This document shows positions 1-13,955 of a DNA stretch of 64,000 bases, one piece after another (position 1 is the first letter of the stretch; every line of letters begins with the position of its first letter). Origin of the DNA: Podarcis gaigeae (Eukaryota); the NCBI GenBank assembly GCA_964106915.2, contig OZ066914.1; one strand, written 5' to 3'. A program made the position numbers and the translations under genes. The notes under the pieces were generated by a model. The model saw nothing but the letters and a program-made list of their open reading frames with translations. It did not search any database and had not been told where the DNA came from.

Positions 1-399
1 TCACCAATAGTGATACCATCTGAATTCAGACCAGAAGGTTCTCAGGTCAAATTCCATCTGATCCTGTAGAGAGCTTGGGTGGTAACATTGGGCTCATACT
101 GGGGAGACTGGAGTTCAAATCCACATTCAGCCACAATGCTCATAAGAACACAAGAGCCTACTGGATCAGCCACCATCCTGTTCTCTCAGCAGCCAACCAG
201 ACATCTATGGAAAGTTCACTGGCTCACTCTGCCAATTACTGTCTCGCTTCCTAACCTACAGGGTGGGTGGTTGTGAGGAGAAAATGGAAGTGGTGGCAAA
301 ACTACCTAGGTGACCCCAAGCGCCTTGGAGAAAGGCGGGGAGACAAATGCAATACAACTGCAATAAAGTGAATCAGAAAACTGAAAAAGAAATCAAAGT

Positions 400-3300
400 G
401 ACTTTAAAAGGTAATTGCTGTGAATTTATTGAGGCCTGCTTTCTTACAAATGGAACATTCCTCTGTACAACATTCATTTGAAGAGGCACAGTTCTCGTGC
501 TTTTTCGGTAGCACAACATACACATGATGTTAAATATGTGATAGACAGGTAGGAAAGAACGATGTGTAGCTGGAGCAACACATTTGGTTTGCTGCCACGA
601 TAGTTCCCACTGGCAGAGAGGGACGGGGAGAGAGAGAAGAGGACATCTTTAGAAATGGAACAGTGGCTTGTTTCTTGGATAGTGGAAACAAAGCAGAAGT
701 AAGTGACGTTTCAGGTTCACATGCATTCTCTCCTACCAAGAATACCACTCCTTCCCATTACAGCCATAGAACACAATCTAGTAAATCATAACTAACTTTG
801 TGGAGCTTAACACTTCCGTGGTGTTTGGGGGGGGAGGGAAGAACCATAGCTCAACAGCAAAGCACATTAACTGCATGCAGAAGGCGCTATGGGTCAATCC
901 CCATCATCTCCAGGTTAAGGCTGGAAAGAACCCTTCTCTTGAGCCATGGAGAGCTTCTTGGAGGTAGATTTAGGGGAATGCAACCAATTCGGTCACAATG
1001 CAGAGCCTCGGGGGCGCCACGACTATTATTTAAAAGGGAGTGCGAGAGGCGGGGCTGGCGCCGAATTTCGGTGTCACACGGGGCGCTGCTGAAATTTGAG
1101 ACCCCAAGGTCTGCCACTGAACTTCTGCCAATCAGAGTAGATGATAAGTCAGATGGACCAATGGTCTGACTCCTTACAAGTCAGCTGCCTGTATTCTTCC
1201 CTGTTAACTTCAGCTAGGCATGACTCTTGTCTTATTTCACAGCTTTCAATAGCCTGGACCACAGTTTCAAATAAGGATGGTTTAAAACGAGTGTGTGCTT
1301 AGTTCTTTCTTTCAGCACTGTGGACAGGAAACAAGTAGACACCAGCTCTTGTGGCTTGATTCCCCCAAACAATCAGGGAGTGGTAAGCCAAAGTTTGCTC
1401 TTGACTTACTTCTGCTTTGTTGGGGGAAACCAACTAGGAGCACTGGGTTCACACAATACAATGTCCTCCCCAGTGTGCTGAAGGAAAAAGTGGGGTGATG
1501 ACTGAAGCAGGGATGTGGTCACCTTAAACCATAGCTTATTTAAAACTATGGTTTTAAGTGATGTGCAAATCAGGCCACTGTTAGTCAAACTCTCAAATGA
1601 ATATTTACTGGATTGTGCTCATGATTTTCTTTAAAAGACAATTCAACTTTCATTATGGTTCTTTTGCTACACATTTTCTGTTAGAAGTAAAACAAAACAC
1701 TGCACAAAATGTAGCACGTAGTTTGGTAACATTGATTTTCTCCCCTCTCAGAATAAGCATGAATTCAAAACGAAACCCAACTCAACTATTGTCCTTAAGA
1801 TATGTTACTTATACCTTTCTGCACAATCATTTCCTGGTGGGTAGGCTAAGCGAAACGAAAGAACTTGACAATGAAAGTTATTTTACAGGGAAATAATTCA
1901 GTGGCAAGTTAGCTGGAGAACAAGATATGCGGATCAGCGTTACAGTTCTGCATCCACCAAAGTAAATGAGGAAATACCTGTTTTAATAGTTATTGATTGC
2001 ACTCAAATTCTCAAAAACCTCAGAGGTAAATGAATTTTCCCAGTCTCAGATTTGGCACCATTTTCCTAACCACAATGAAGGCTGAGAGAAAATCCATCAA
2101 ATCACAAAAGTATGGATTAGTACTCTTGAGTGTGGTCTTTGTTCATTTACCTATACAGAATGGAACATAATCCAAAGGTACATTCCCATGTCCACAACCA
2201 CTATTTCTGAGCCCTGGATTGGGGAAAACCCACCAAATGTTTATTTACTACCTATATTTTTTATCACTTTTGCTCTGGTTACAAATTGCTTCACGGCAGA
2301 GACGTAGCTAGGGCGGATGGGGGGGCAGGACATACTGGCCCCACACCCAGAGGGTGGCTCTTAGCATGGGGCCTGGCCCAAGCCATGCGTCTCTCCTGGG
2401 AGTGACACAGCGGCTCAGATGGCTGCAGGCTCCGTGCTGCCCGAAATGGCAGCGTGGGGCTGGCATACACCTGCCTCCGTCTCAGCTGTAGGGCTTCGCC
2501 GCTGCTTCAAGGCTTTGTAGTGGAAAGCGATATATAAATTTAATAAACCTAAGAGCTCCTCCATCTTGAGGTGTTTTCCCCCCCTATCGAAGAACACTTA
2601 CAGATAACTACTACAGGAGTAGCTTTTGCCTCAATGTGCATCAGTGCACCACGACTTCATCCAGCAATGGTAGCGATGGCATGCCAAGCATTTGGGTTAG
2701 GGGGGCAGTTTCTGAACCCTTGCATGGTACAAGGCCTGGGTTTAGCAAGCCCCTTGGGAGGCCTTTCTAGATCTTTTCAAGAATCTAGAAAGCCTCCTCT
2801 ACTTTCCCCAAATTTGCAGGTGTGCTGAAAACCTCTACTACTGAAATGTGATTATATCCATCGCTAATAGAAGAGAGGAAGGGGCGGTCTACTTGAAAAC
2901 AAGAGCATATACAGAGCTCAGGCAGGGAACATGACTGTGGTATAGTTTGGTGCAGCGCCTTCCAGTTTAACAAGGAAGCAAATCATACAATGTCTTCTTG
3001 AGATTTTCCTGAAGCTTGCAGGAGTGGGAAGAGGCTCAGAGTACAGAAGACCTCAATTTTCAAATCTGGAAAATTTAATAAAGAAAAGTCTACATCATAT
3101 GAGTTCTGTCACTTGCAGAAATACACAATAATTTGCATTTCTGCCGGATAGGGTGAATATCCCTTCTTAAGTGAGTTCCATGATTGTGTTTTAATTGGTT
3201 TGTTTTGCATATTTGCTACTAATGTATATATTCTGCATCTCTCTCGCTATGTATATATATTTGTTTAAAAATTGTTTTTGTATAGTATTTTTGAAAAAGC

Positions 3301-6300
3301 AACTCTGTAAAATTCATGTTTCGAAAAAGAAAAGAAATGCATGATATTCATGACTCTGAGGCTGAATCTGCATGTTATCTCTGCAGTATGGATGCTACAG
3401 AACCACGGTTCCACAAGTGGCTACCATGTTGTCATGGTAATGTATAAAAGCACACAATTCCATATATTGCCTAGATCACATGGGCATTTCTGTACCAGCA
3501 TCTATCTGTCCACCACGGACACGCCACTGCTGCAAGCATTACCCAAGTGTTCTAGGTAAATGATATGACCAAACTCTTCAGTACGTAACTAATGTAATGT
3601 AGAAGGAGAAAGCAATTTTTTTCCTGCAGCAGCCACACCACAGAGACCCTGTGTAAAATGATTCAGATAAATTCTGCAGCAAGTGATGTGTGACTGCTTT
3701 GCACGATTGGAATCCATGAATTTCTAGCAGGGCTGGCCTGGCATAAATATTATACGCTTTGTTTAGACTTAGTTTAGTGCATAAAAAAACAAGAAACTCA
3801 AGGCGAGTGATGCACTGAACGGTTTTGAACAGATCCCAGGCTATGACGAAACTAACTCAGAGAACCCAAGGTGGTTAGATTAGGTTGTTTATGGGTTTTG
3901 GGAGAGCAGCTTCTTTGTTCCACGTAACAAACATACCTTTAAAACCTACGGGAATTGTAGAAGCAATCGGTGATGTGGCAGGAGGGAAGTGTGGAGGGGC
4001 AGGGGCGGTTTCTAAAAATGTTTACTGGGCCAGCTCAAGTCTGTTGCATCAGCCCACATAGGGAATTGGCCTTTGTGTACATTATTGCTGTTTTAAAAAT
4101 TCAAATTTGACTGAAATGGAATCTCTAAGGAAGGAAATGACTTGAAGGGGAGGGGAGAATCTGTGTTGACAAGACATGTCAAAGGACAAGACAAGGGAGT
4201 CAGTTAATTACTCAGTTGTGGATCATATCCAATATTCTTTCACCCTTGAATAATAGCTGGACATCGCAGCAAAGTTGGTCCAACCATCAATTTTGCTTAC
4301 CCCTGCCCCTTTGCTCCTGGAGGACAGTCTGCTTTCTTTATAAATAAAAAATAAAATCACATAATGGACACCATTCTTTCTTTCCTTCCATTTAAGGAAA
4401 TATGTTTGGTATTTTTTTCCAAAGTGAAAAAACAACAATATTGCTCCAGGGAAAAGGGATTGATGGCTCCTTGTGACATCATGGGCTTCAGCCAATCAAA
4501 CTGTCCATAACTTATTTTTGTCACAAACTTAGAGGGCTATTTTGGCCACTTCAGAGATCAGCCCCTAGAAATTAAAGGTACATTTGGACAAAACGACCAC
4601 ACTACTCTAAAAATGTTACATCTGTCTCTACCCCCTTGTTTCAGTTAACTTTCATACGGGTAATAAATTAGCTGTTTTGATTAAAGAGTTTGATTAGATT
4701 TGAATGACAGAAGGGAAGAAGTGAGTTCAGCAAATATTCTCATGAAGACTGGGAGCTATGATTAGTAGTTCCAATGGTCCCACGCTGCGCCCCTGAAATA
4801 TTTTACCAACACTCTTTCCAGTCTTCATATGATACCGTATTTTTCGCTCCATAAGACACACTTTTCCCCTCTTAAAATCTAAGGGGAAATGTCTGTGCGT
4901 CTTATGGAGCGAATGTGTGGTCCATGGGGCTGGACCCGGGCTTCCCCTGCCAGCCCCGACCTGCTCTTTGAGGCTGGCCGTGGGGGAAAGCAGCGCTTCC
5001 CCCCACGGCCAGCCCCACAAGCTCGTGGAGCAGCGGGAAGGCTGCACGCCTTTCGGCTGCTCCCTGACCTGCTCTTTGAGGCTGGCGGTGGGGGAAAGAA
5101 GAACTCCCGGTGCGCTCCGGAGGCTTCAGGTTGCCTTCACGGAAGGCGACTGAACGCTCCTTGAATGCACTGAACGCACCTTGTTTTAGAGGGGGAGAAC
5201 AAGAAAAAAAAAATCTCCCCCTCTCTGCGCAGCGCCTCCTGCTGCTTCGCTGAAGGGGAGTTGCGCAGAGAGGGGGATAATTTTTTTTTCTTGTTCTCCC
5301 CCTCTAAAACAAGGTGCGTCTTATGGTCAGGTGCATCCTATGGAGCGAAAAATATGGTAATCCCCAAAACCAGAAGCTGCAGGCTACAAAACTTGATCTG
5401 CTTAGAAAATGAAAACTGATATTTTGAAATGTCAAACAGAACATTTGCAAGAACAGACTTAAAAGGTCATTATGTGATCATTGCCATTGAATCGTCTGGA
5501 ATTTATTCTAAGCCTCAGTCAAACGAAAGAGATCCTGAGCTACAAGTACAGCTCAGAAAGAAGTTGTGGTCAAATATTTAAATATCCATCAATATTGTGC
5601 ATACCAAGAGGAATTAACACTGTGGGGAGAAATCATATTTATAACTCTTTGCTTCTTTGGCAGATGTGCTTGTAAAGAAGGAATTGTTGGCTTTAGAAAT
5701 ATATATAAAATTTGTAGCTCAATTTGCTTTTGGGAAATAATGGTAAGAGACACCTCTGTATCTCTATGGAACCCCACCAAAAAGTCGTTCTTAAGAAGCA
5801 CCATGCAAAGGAAAATTAAGCATATTTAGAATTATGTGCTATGTACTGTATACGTAGAAATATTTTTTTGAAATCTAATACAAGGAGATCTTTTCTGTCA
5901 TTGATGCCTATGAGGTGCAAGTAGGGAGTCTGTTAGCAAACTGGGCATGAATGAAAGACAAGATGACATTTTAAAAAATAGGATTTTTATCTATTAATAC
6001 TGGCTACAGCAAAGCATGCCAACTTCACTTTACTTTGAGACAGAGGTCATGCAGGCTCCTTCCATATACATCATTGAAATGTGCTGCACAGCAACCATTT
6101 AAGGTCTTGCTTCTTCATTGAAAAATATAATTGCCTTTTTGTAAAATGGCAAAATAGAATTATGCACAAAAGCAGTATTAGCAGTGGCAAGATGCTGCCA
6201 AGAACTTAGTTGCATATGCTATGTTGCTTTCCCCATAAAACAGATGTGAAACAAAAGCATCTTGTGTACCAAAGAGAACATGACCATGTATGTTACCAGG

Positions 6301-7315
6301 ATAATCCACCTCTGGGAAAGGAGACAAGACACTTATCATTTTTTGTGCTTAACACTCATGCGAAGCTTCAGGGAATTCCAATTGTATAAAGACTTATGAG
6401 AAAATGAGACAAAAGTGTGAAGCCATGGGAAGAGATGGTATATTTATCACAGCATTAGGCGTTGAGAATACGACCTCGGCTTCATCTGCCAAGGTTGTTA
6501 CAAAACCAGCCATTCTCCTTTCAACTTGACCACACAATAGTCCCCACCCCACCCCCAAAGTTAAAACAGGTACTAGTTGATCACTTTCCTTTACAATCCA
6601 TTTAGGGTTTCTCTCTTTTCTCTTAAATAATAATAATACACTTTCTTCGTTATTTATAATATGAACAAAATCCTAGCGCTTTAAAAATCTGCCCCTGACA
6701 AACGTCTAAGAATACATATTTTAAAATGACTTAAATGTACAACTTCACATTGGTGTGTTTTCTTTAAGGCATGAACAATGGCGAATGAATGAGGAGAGCT
6801 TCCAGAAAAGCATTATGCCTTTTTTCGACGTGGCCAGTCCAAGCACATCACACATCAAGAAACTAACCCGAAGCTAGAAATGAACAAGTATTGCGACTCA
6901 AGGTTTAATAATAGCATGGGTGGACATTCTAGACATGTTCCATTAAAACAAATATTTTTTTTGTTTTTGTATCTTTTCTGTTGTCTATTTTAAGCACCAG
7001 ATACTCTTCGAAAGCATCTTTGGCTAACTCAGTGCATGCTTCTCTTGCGCTGCATTTCCCTTATCTCAATATTTAAAGGGTGTGTTGGTTCCCCCTCCCT
7101 TTAATTTAATGCCAGCTGCAGAAATGTCCAAGGTCTGGGCTAATGCACTTTTGGAAGTCCATTTATAAAGATGAATATAAAAGCAAATGAAAGGTTTCTT
7201 GCAGGCCCACAAACCAACCTCAGCTATAAGAAACATGTTGTGCATAGGTTTTTTTTAAGGTTTTTCTTTTCTTTTTTTTAAAGGAGTGATATGTTACTAG
7301 ATCTACATTCTCAGT
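400..7315 (-). other. OSBPL6: Putative long OSBPL6 3'UTR; candidate poly(A) signals AATAAA (minus) at 425-430 and 2240-2245
   Basis: AT-rich sequence after the stop codon with no other exons recognised; the AATAAA at 430-425 is followed by U-rich sequence. The true end cannot be determined from sequence alone. Confidence 0.4.
4835..5357. mobile_element. Tc1/mariner-type MITE (TIR CCGTATTTTTCGCTCCATA, TA TSD)
   Basis: TIRs at both ends flanked by TA; internal hairpin. Confidence 0.85.
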
Positions 7316-7424
7316 TTACCAGAGTTTGAGGGTTTCTACTTTACTAAAGCCAGGATCCTTTCGGAGTTCCCAATACGTGTCGTTAGAAACCCAAGCTTCT
7401 CTTTGATTGGCATCGATAACTTTT
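7316..7424 (-). CDS. OSBPL6: OSBPL6 last coding exon ([35 protein letters not shown])
   Basis: ttgcag|A...TGG TAA, stop at 7318-7316. Confidence 0.95.
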
Positions 7425-10400
7425 CTGCAAAATCAAAAGAAAAATACACACCTGTTAGACAAAATAAATTCAGGAGTACCTTTAACAAGAACCAAATTAT
7501 ACTCCCTTGCGACACGGCACCTGCCGAGTCCTTTATAAGAAGCAAAAATCCCATCAACCAGTTGTTTGGTAAGGAAGAGGGAACAGAGGGGTTGAATTCA
7601 GCCCACAAAATGACAAACAGGCAGTATTTCGGCTTTTAAAAAATTTCCTATTGGACATCAGGTGTGGGGCAGGTAAGGCTGGAGCCATGAATGAAGTGGA
7701 ACTATAACACAAGATCCCGATTGTACCATTATAAATGGCAGTCTCTATGAGTGCTAGTCAGGTGATGTCAACCTGAACATTACCTCACACCAGAAGTCCC
7801 AGCCAAACAGGGCTTATAATCAAATTTGTTTTTGTTTCTTGGGTTGCTGTTTTTTTAAATCTCTCAGCCTGTGCAATGAGAAGAAACAGACATTTTCCAC
7901 ATAAATGCATTTTTCCAATGCTGAAAATGAAACTGTCTCAACAACTCATGGAAATATTTCTGTAAAAAGTTAATTGTGATAACAATGGGTGGTATTCCAC
8001 TAAGCTTTGATTGGGGTAAACCCACTGAAGTTAATGACCATTATGAAGTTAAATGTCCATTAATTTCAATGGGTCTACTTTGAGTAAACCTTAGTTTACT
8101 CATAACCTTTACAAGCTGCCAACTCCTCAACCCAGTTTCAACTATTTAAATTTTCCCACTCTGTTACCAGGCTGGTGGTGTATCTGTTAGCAAAGGGGGG
8201 GGGGGAAACAAACCACATTCCTGAGTTTACATACTTAAAAAATTTTGGTACATGTTCCATATTATTTTCTTCTAAGTAGCGTCTTCGACTTCTCTGGAGT
8301 TCTTCTATTCTTAGTTTTTCTGACGCTGCTGCTTCTAAATCCCCGTCTTCCAAAAGCCTGCAATAAAGCAAGTGGAACTTCGAATATACAGTATACCAAC
8401 ATTCAAGCACTGGAACGAATCAAGAAAACCCCGGAGATGACAAACCTACACCCATCAAGAGTTGCTGGATCCGTACCATCCAGATACTGCAGTTCAGATA
8501 AAATTAGCAGGGATGAGAGCCAATTAATTAAACAAATCTTTAATTATTAAGCATGTGAGTTTTAGATGATTGTCTGTATACTGACTTGCTGATTAAACCA
8601 GAATAAATTAATATTAGTTTTTTAAAAGCACACAATTGTTTTCAACAAGCAGCATGCTTATTTTGTTTTATGCAAACCCCATGCCAATCTTAAAAGAGTC
8701 AGTTCCTCTTGGGAGTGAAGAGCAATGCCTCTGCTATGACAGCAGCTGCCCAATGTAACTTTTATAGCTACTTGAATCATAAACAAACCAACCTTCCTGA
8801 TTAGTGTGGGGCAGACCCTTAGTTGATCAAAGGTTTTTTTAAGCAAAGTGATAGACTAAACTAGGAGTGGGGAACTTCAGTGGGGAACACCCTTTCACTG
8901 GCCCTGCTCTGCAGCCTCCCGGGGTGTTTTTGCCTGGCTGAAACGTGTCCTTATACTGCAATAGTGCCTCTTACTTACCAGGTTTACTTGTGTGTAAACC
9001 TCTATCAGGGCCGGTGTTGGGAGCAGGCGAGCAATAACTCGCAAGGCGTCAGTGGAGTTAACTCTTTGTTCAAATAAACAACAGCTCAGGCCTAGTGAGC
9101 ACAGCAACTCTTCCCAGCAGATCTTGCCCCAATGAGGCAGTTGCGAGGACTGAAGGGCCACGCCTTCCCAGTGCTCCCCAAGACTCTTCCTCCCTTGGGT
9201 CCTTCCCTAGCAATCTGAGACTCTGACACCTTGTCTGTTTTTGCTCCACCCTCTTCATTCTTCTTCTGGTTCTGGGAGACCAGGAGGGAGGGGAGCTGGT
9301 CACCGCAGGAGAGGGAGACCCCCTGGCTTCTTCAACAGCCTGATTCATCTCTGCCTGGTAGCCTCCTCCCTACTCTCCAGACTCCTCTTCTGCCTCTGAT
9401 TCTGGACTGCTCTCTGCCACAGCCTCTTCCTGCTCACTAAAACCTGTTACCTTCAGCTTACAACACCTCCTCATTCCAGACTTCTCCTTCTGACCACTCA
9501 TCAACATCCCATCACCAGTCCCCTGGCTCTGAGCCTTCTTCCCTTGGGGGTTCCTGAGATGGTGACTCCCACCACTCCTTTGCATCCAGTCAGTCCATGG
9601 CAACCTCTTATTTTTGCTTGGCTGGAAAGTAGCCTACAGTACAAATTTAAAAGCTGCATCTTTTGTGCCTGGATAAACTAACCCACCACTGAGTCCCTGG
9701 AAAATGACCCACGAGGGAATCTGGCCCTCATGCTAACGAAGCTTCCCCACCCCTGGACTAAACATTGGGGTATTAAATAACGACAACCAAGTGATTCTTG
9801 CCTTTGGTCTGGCCTGAATCGGGCATCTGTCCTTGGAAGAAGATCTTTCAGTGCAGGATCTAACTCATTCAGCTCAATGGCAAACCTTGTGAAGCCATAA
9901 TAACGCTCGTAGTTGGTGGGCATGGAGCCTGCATTAACAGATAAGACAAAGTGAATAGCTAAGCATTGTGAACGGAGAAGACATAGTCCTCTGAATACAG
10001 AAGGTCAAAATCCCTGCTTGCAGCTCCTGAAGTTGGCTCTAACTACTGGTGTGTAATGGTTATATGGGGTTGCTCGTGCGTAAGTTGCCGCCACTCCTGG
10101 CTAGGTAGCCTGGTTGAACCTTTCCTGGCTGGACAGCCCCGTCACTTTTTGGCTGTTCAGTCGTTAGCAGAATCCGTCAGTGGGCGTTTCCTGAATTTCT
10201 TCTAGCAAAGAAATTCTTTGACGCCAAGTCTATGCCTAACTTCCCTGCGCAGGAGTCTTCTGCGCAGGGTGGGTGTGGGTAGCGGAGGACCTGTGCTCTC
10301 CCCACTGGTCTCCAGCGAAGAGTCCTGGAGCCCTCTCTCTGATTCCCCCATCCGCCTCCCTTTATCCCTGGTGTTACGCTGAATTCCTTCCCCAGCTGCT

Positions 10401-13400
10401 GAGTCCCCTCCCTGCTAGGCCCTTCTCCGGCATCGCTTGGGAGCCCTGCCTCCACTCCTGTCTCCGATGTCAGTTCCCTGACATGGTGATAAACTGACAC
10501 TGGTCAAACGTCATGCAAGCACTGCCAAAAGACAGTCAGCACCTCTCACAGTTCTAACCACTGTCTGTGGGGTGGACTAAGGCTTGCTCTACGTCCACTG
10601 AGCTGCCACCTGAGGTGGTGCCTTCTACATATCTTGCTGCCATTATACACAGTGCCTGGGCATCCCAGGGTTCTTCTGCCTCATTCAGAGCCTTTCAACA
10701 CCAGCATCCCCTCACTCCCGGAGGAGAGTCGTGCCGGTCTGAAAACTCGGCCTGCTGGGAGAAAACTCATGGAACAAACACTTTTACACCGTGAGCATGA
10801 TAGGGCACTATGTGGGTCCTGCTTCAAGTAGCCTCCACCTGGGGGAAAATTTAGTTTGATCCAGGCCAATAGATGGCCCAGCTATTAAAACAGAAAGTGC
10901 TGAATCATCATTAGGGAGAGGAGAATACCTACGAGCTGCATATGAAGGTGGCCTTGGCCACTGGTCCAGTGTTGTGTACTCTGGCAAAGGTTGTCTGACA
11001 GCCACCTTTCATAACCCTCTTACCAGAGATCTTTAGAGGTCTCACTGCAGGGGTCTGAAGCTCAGGCCTGATGTGATAGCTCAGTTGGTGCTGATAACCC
11101 CAAGGTTGCAGGTTCAATCCCTATGTGGGACAGCTGCATATTCCTGCATTGCAGGGAGTTGGACTACAAGATCTTCAGTATCCCCTTCCAACTTTACAAT
11201 TCTATTATTTTGCGTGGCCTAGTATGGAGCAATGGCTCTTCCCTGCACCTGCCACTGTGGTGAGACAGTTTGTAAACCAGAGCCGAGTTTATTTCTCCAA
11301 GTAACAGTTCAGAAAACGCAACTGGTATAAATTAGGAACAACCGATACACCAGAGCTTCCATTTTCAAATCAGGTGGTCCTATTATTGCTGTGACAAAGA
11401 ATGCTTATTGGAGACCAGTAAATGAGTACAATGGTACCTCAGGTTACAAACTTAATTTGTTGCAGAGGTCCTTTCTTAACCTGAAGCCGTTCTTAACCTG
11501 AGGTGCGCGCTTGCTAATGGGGCCTGCTGCTGCTGCTGCACTGCCACTGCACGATTTCTGTTGTCATCCTGGGGCATAGTTTGCCACCTGAGGTACTACT
11601 TCCGGGTTAGCAGAGTTTGTAACCGGAGGTGTTTGTAACTCAAAGCGTTTGTAACCCGAGGTACCACTGTAATTAGAAATCCCCAATTATTTATCTTTCA
11701 AAGAGGAAGTACGCAGTATTTTGTAGTGCAAATACTTCCAGCCTTGCTGTGTCTACTTTTGTGATTGGGTTTGCAGCACACCAGGAGATTTATCTCTGCC
11801 AAGCCACCAGAACGGTTACTGTGCATAGAAAACAGTTTCTATTGGTGCCAGTGAGACTTTTTAAGCCTTGCAGCTGCTAGGAGGAGATTTTCAGGAGACT
11901 CTGTGACTGAAAGAAGAATGGGATAAATCTCGCCCCCATGCATCCTGCAATCCCAGTGACACTGGCTCCCCGCACTTGTAATTAAATGAAAACAAGAGAT
12001 GTAGTGCATGAAACATAGCCTGCAGCTTGGCCCCTTCAGTCTATCTAAAAAAGGCTTCCTCAAACCTGGCCCTCCAGATGTTTTGAGACTACGATTCCCA
12101 TCATCCCTGACCACTGGTCCTGCTAGCTAGGGATCATGGGAGTTGTAGGCCAAAAACATCTGGAGGGCCGAGTTTGAGGAAGCCTGATCTAGAGTCATTC
12201 CAGTCTGCAGTACTTGATATGATGATGAAGCTCCTTCACCCATAGTACAAGTATTGAATCCACCCCACCGCTTTACCTAAAAGAGCTGTTCCTCTAATAG
12301 GTTCATACCTGGTCTCCATATACATTTTGCCGAAGGCCCAACTCCACAGTACAACCCTTCATGCCACTTTCCAAAGAGGCGATGTACCACCTTTCCTTCT
12401 TGGTCCATGACAACACCTTGGACTTCATTCACGTTCGAATTCCAGTAATTCACCTAAAAAAAATAATAATGCCTTTTTCTTAACTGTTAAGGTCAATCAC
12501 CCCAGTTTCAGGTGTCTGGGTTATAACTAGGTATCAACTTTCAACAAGACCAGGCCTTCTGACAGGCAGATCTGTATCACACCCATCCAACAGCTAGGCA
12601 GTGCCAATGAGCTGCCAGAAGCGGGTGGGGAATCGGGATGATTCAGACACCACAACCTCCACCCCTTATCGTATCGTGCCAAATATCTTCAAATGCAGTC
12701 CCAAAGAGGTGCAGAGGATAAAGACCTTGCCAATGGAATTAGCATGACCGCTGGCAACCGGTGAAAGGGTCTTATATTTATCGGCCACACTTTGGTGCAC
12801 AGATTCATACAATTCATACAGCTGGTACCTCCAGCTAGTGAACATGCCTTGTGTGCTCCTAGGAGCTGCTGTGCAACGGGCCACCAATTGCACAAACACC
12901 CTTTTCACTGTTCATAATGAGTATCAAAGAAACGTTACCTTGATGAATGTGAGTTTACAAATACAAACGCTGCTTTTTGTGTTTCTGATGGTTATTTCTC
13001 CATAATGTTCTATCCATCTCCTTCCACTGAGGATGTTGTGTATGCAAGTAGTGACTTTGTTCCATACGTAGGAATCACCGTACCTGCAAAGAGAGTTAAC
13101 TGTGGAAACTGTGCTCCAAAAATGCCCTTTCCAAACCACCACCTATTCACAAATGAAACAGTACTCCCCCCTCCAGTACTGAAAGCCAATGGACCACCAA
13201 CAGAACTCAAATATGAAAATACCCACACTTTTTACATGTATTTGTGTCCTGCTAGGGGCATAACTGTCAACCTTTCCCTTTTTTTTAAGGGAAATTCCCT
13301 TATTCCGAATAGGATTCCTCGGAAGAAAAGGGAAAAGTTGACAGCTATGGCTAGGGGTTGAATTGCAAATCAATTAGAACAATAAATAATTTAAAACCAG

Positions 13401-13908
13401 TTTTTTAAAAAGGTAATAAAGCAAAAGCACAACAATAAAATAAGAACAAAACAGCAGTGCAGAATGGGCAGCAATCATAAACACTACCCCCACTGATTTC
13501 CAAAGCCACCAAAGGCCTGGGTAAATAAAGATATTTAAAACTTATTTTTAAAGCATAAGGAAGTGTGAGTGCCTGACAAATGTGTCAGAGGGAAGCACCT
13601 TCCACAGCCAGGGTGCCAATACTAAGAAGGCTTTGCTTCTTGTAGCTATATAGCCATTGCACTTTTGAAGGTGGAGGCGAAAGGAAAGGGTGTCCACAGA
13701 GAACTGGCAGCGCCCCCCCCCCCAATGCTTAACCATTGGTTACTGGTTATTCTCACAGATAGTCAGTCAATTCTACAGACACTTAAAAAGATGCTCTGTG
13801 AAACATTACAGCCCTCTATAATGAAGATACATTTTGGATAATATTATTCTAAAACAATCTTTTTATGTTGTAAGCTGTGATCTCTGGATGAAGGGCAGTA
13901 TATAAATT

Positions 13909-13955
<47 letters not shown>

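Noticed and set aside
1-7300. A second gene downstream of OSBPL6
   Set aside because: No coding exons recognised on either strand; the short ORFs lack homology
9070-9603. Acidic ORFs (92 and 77 aa)
   Set aside because: Low-complexity purine-rich LTR-like sequence with no recognisable domain
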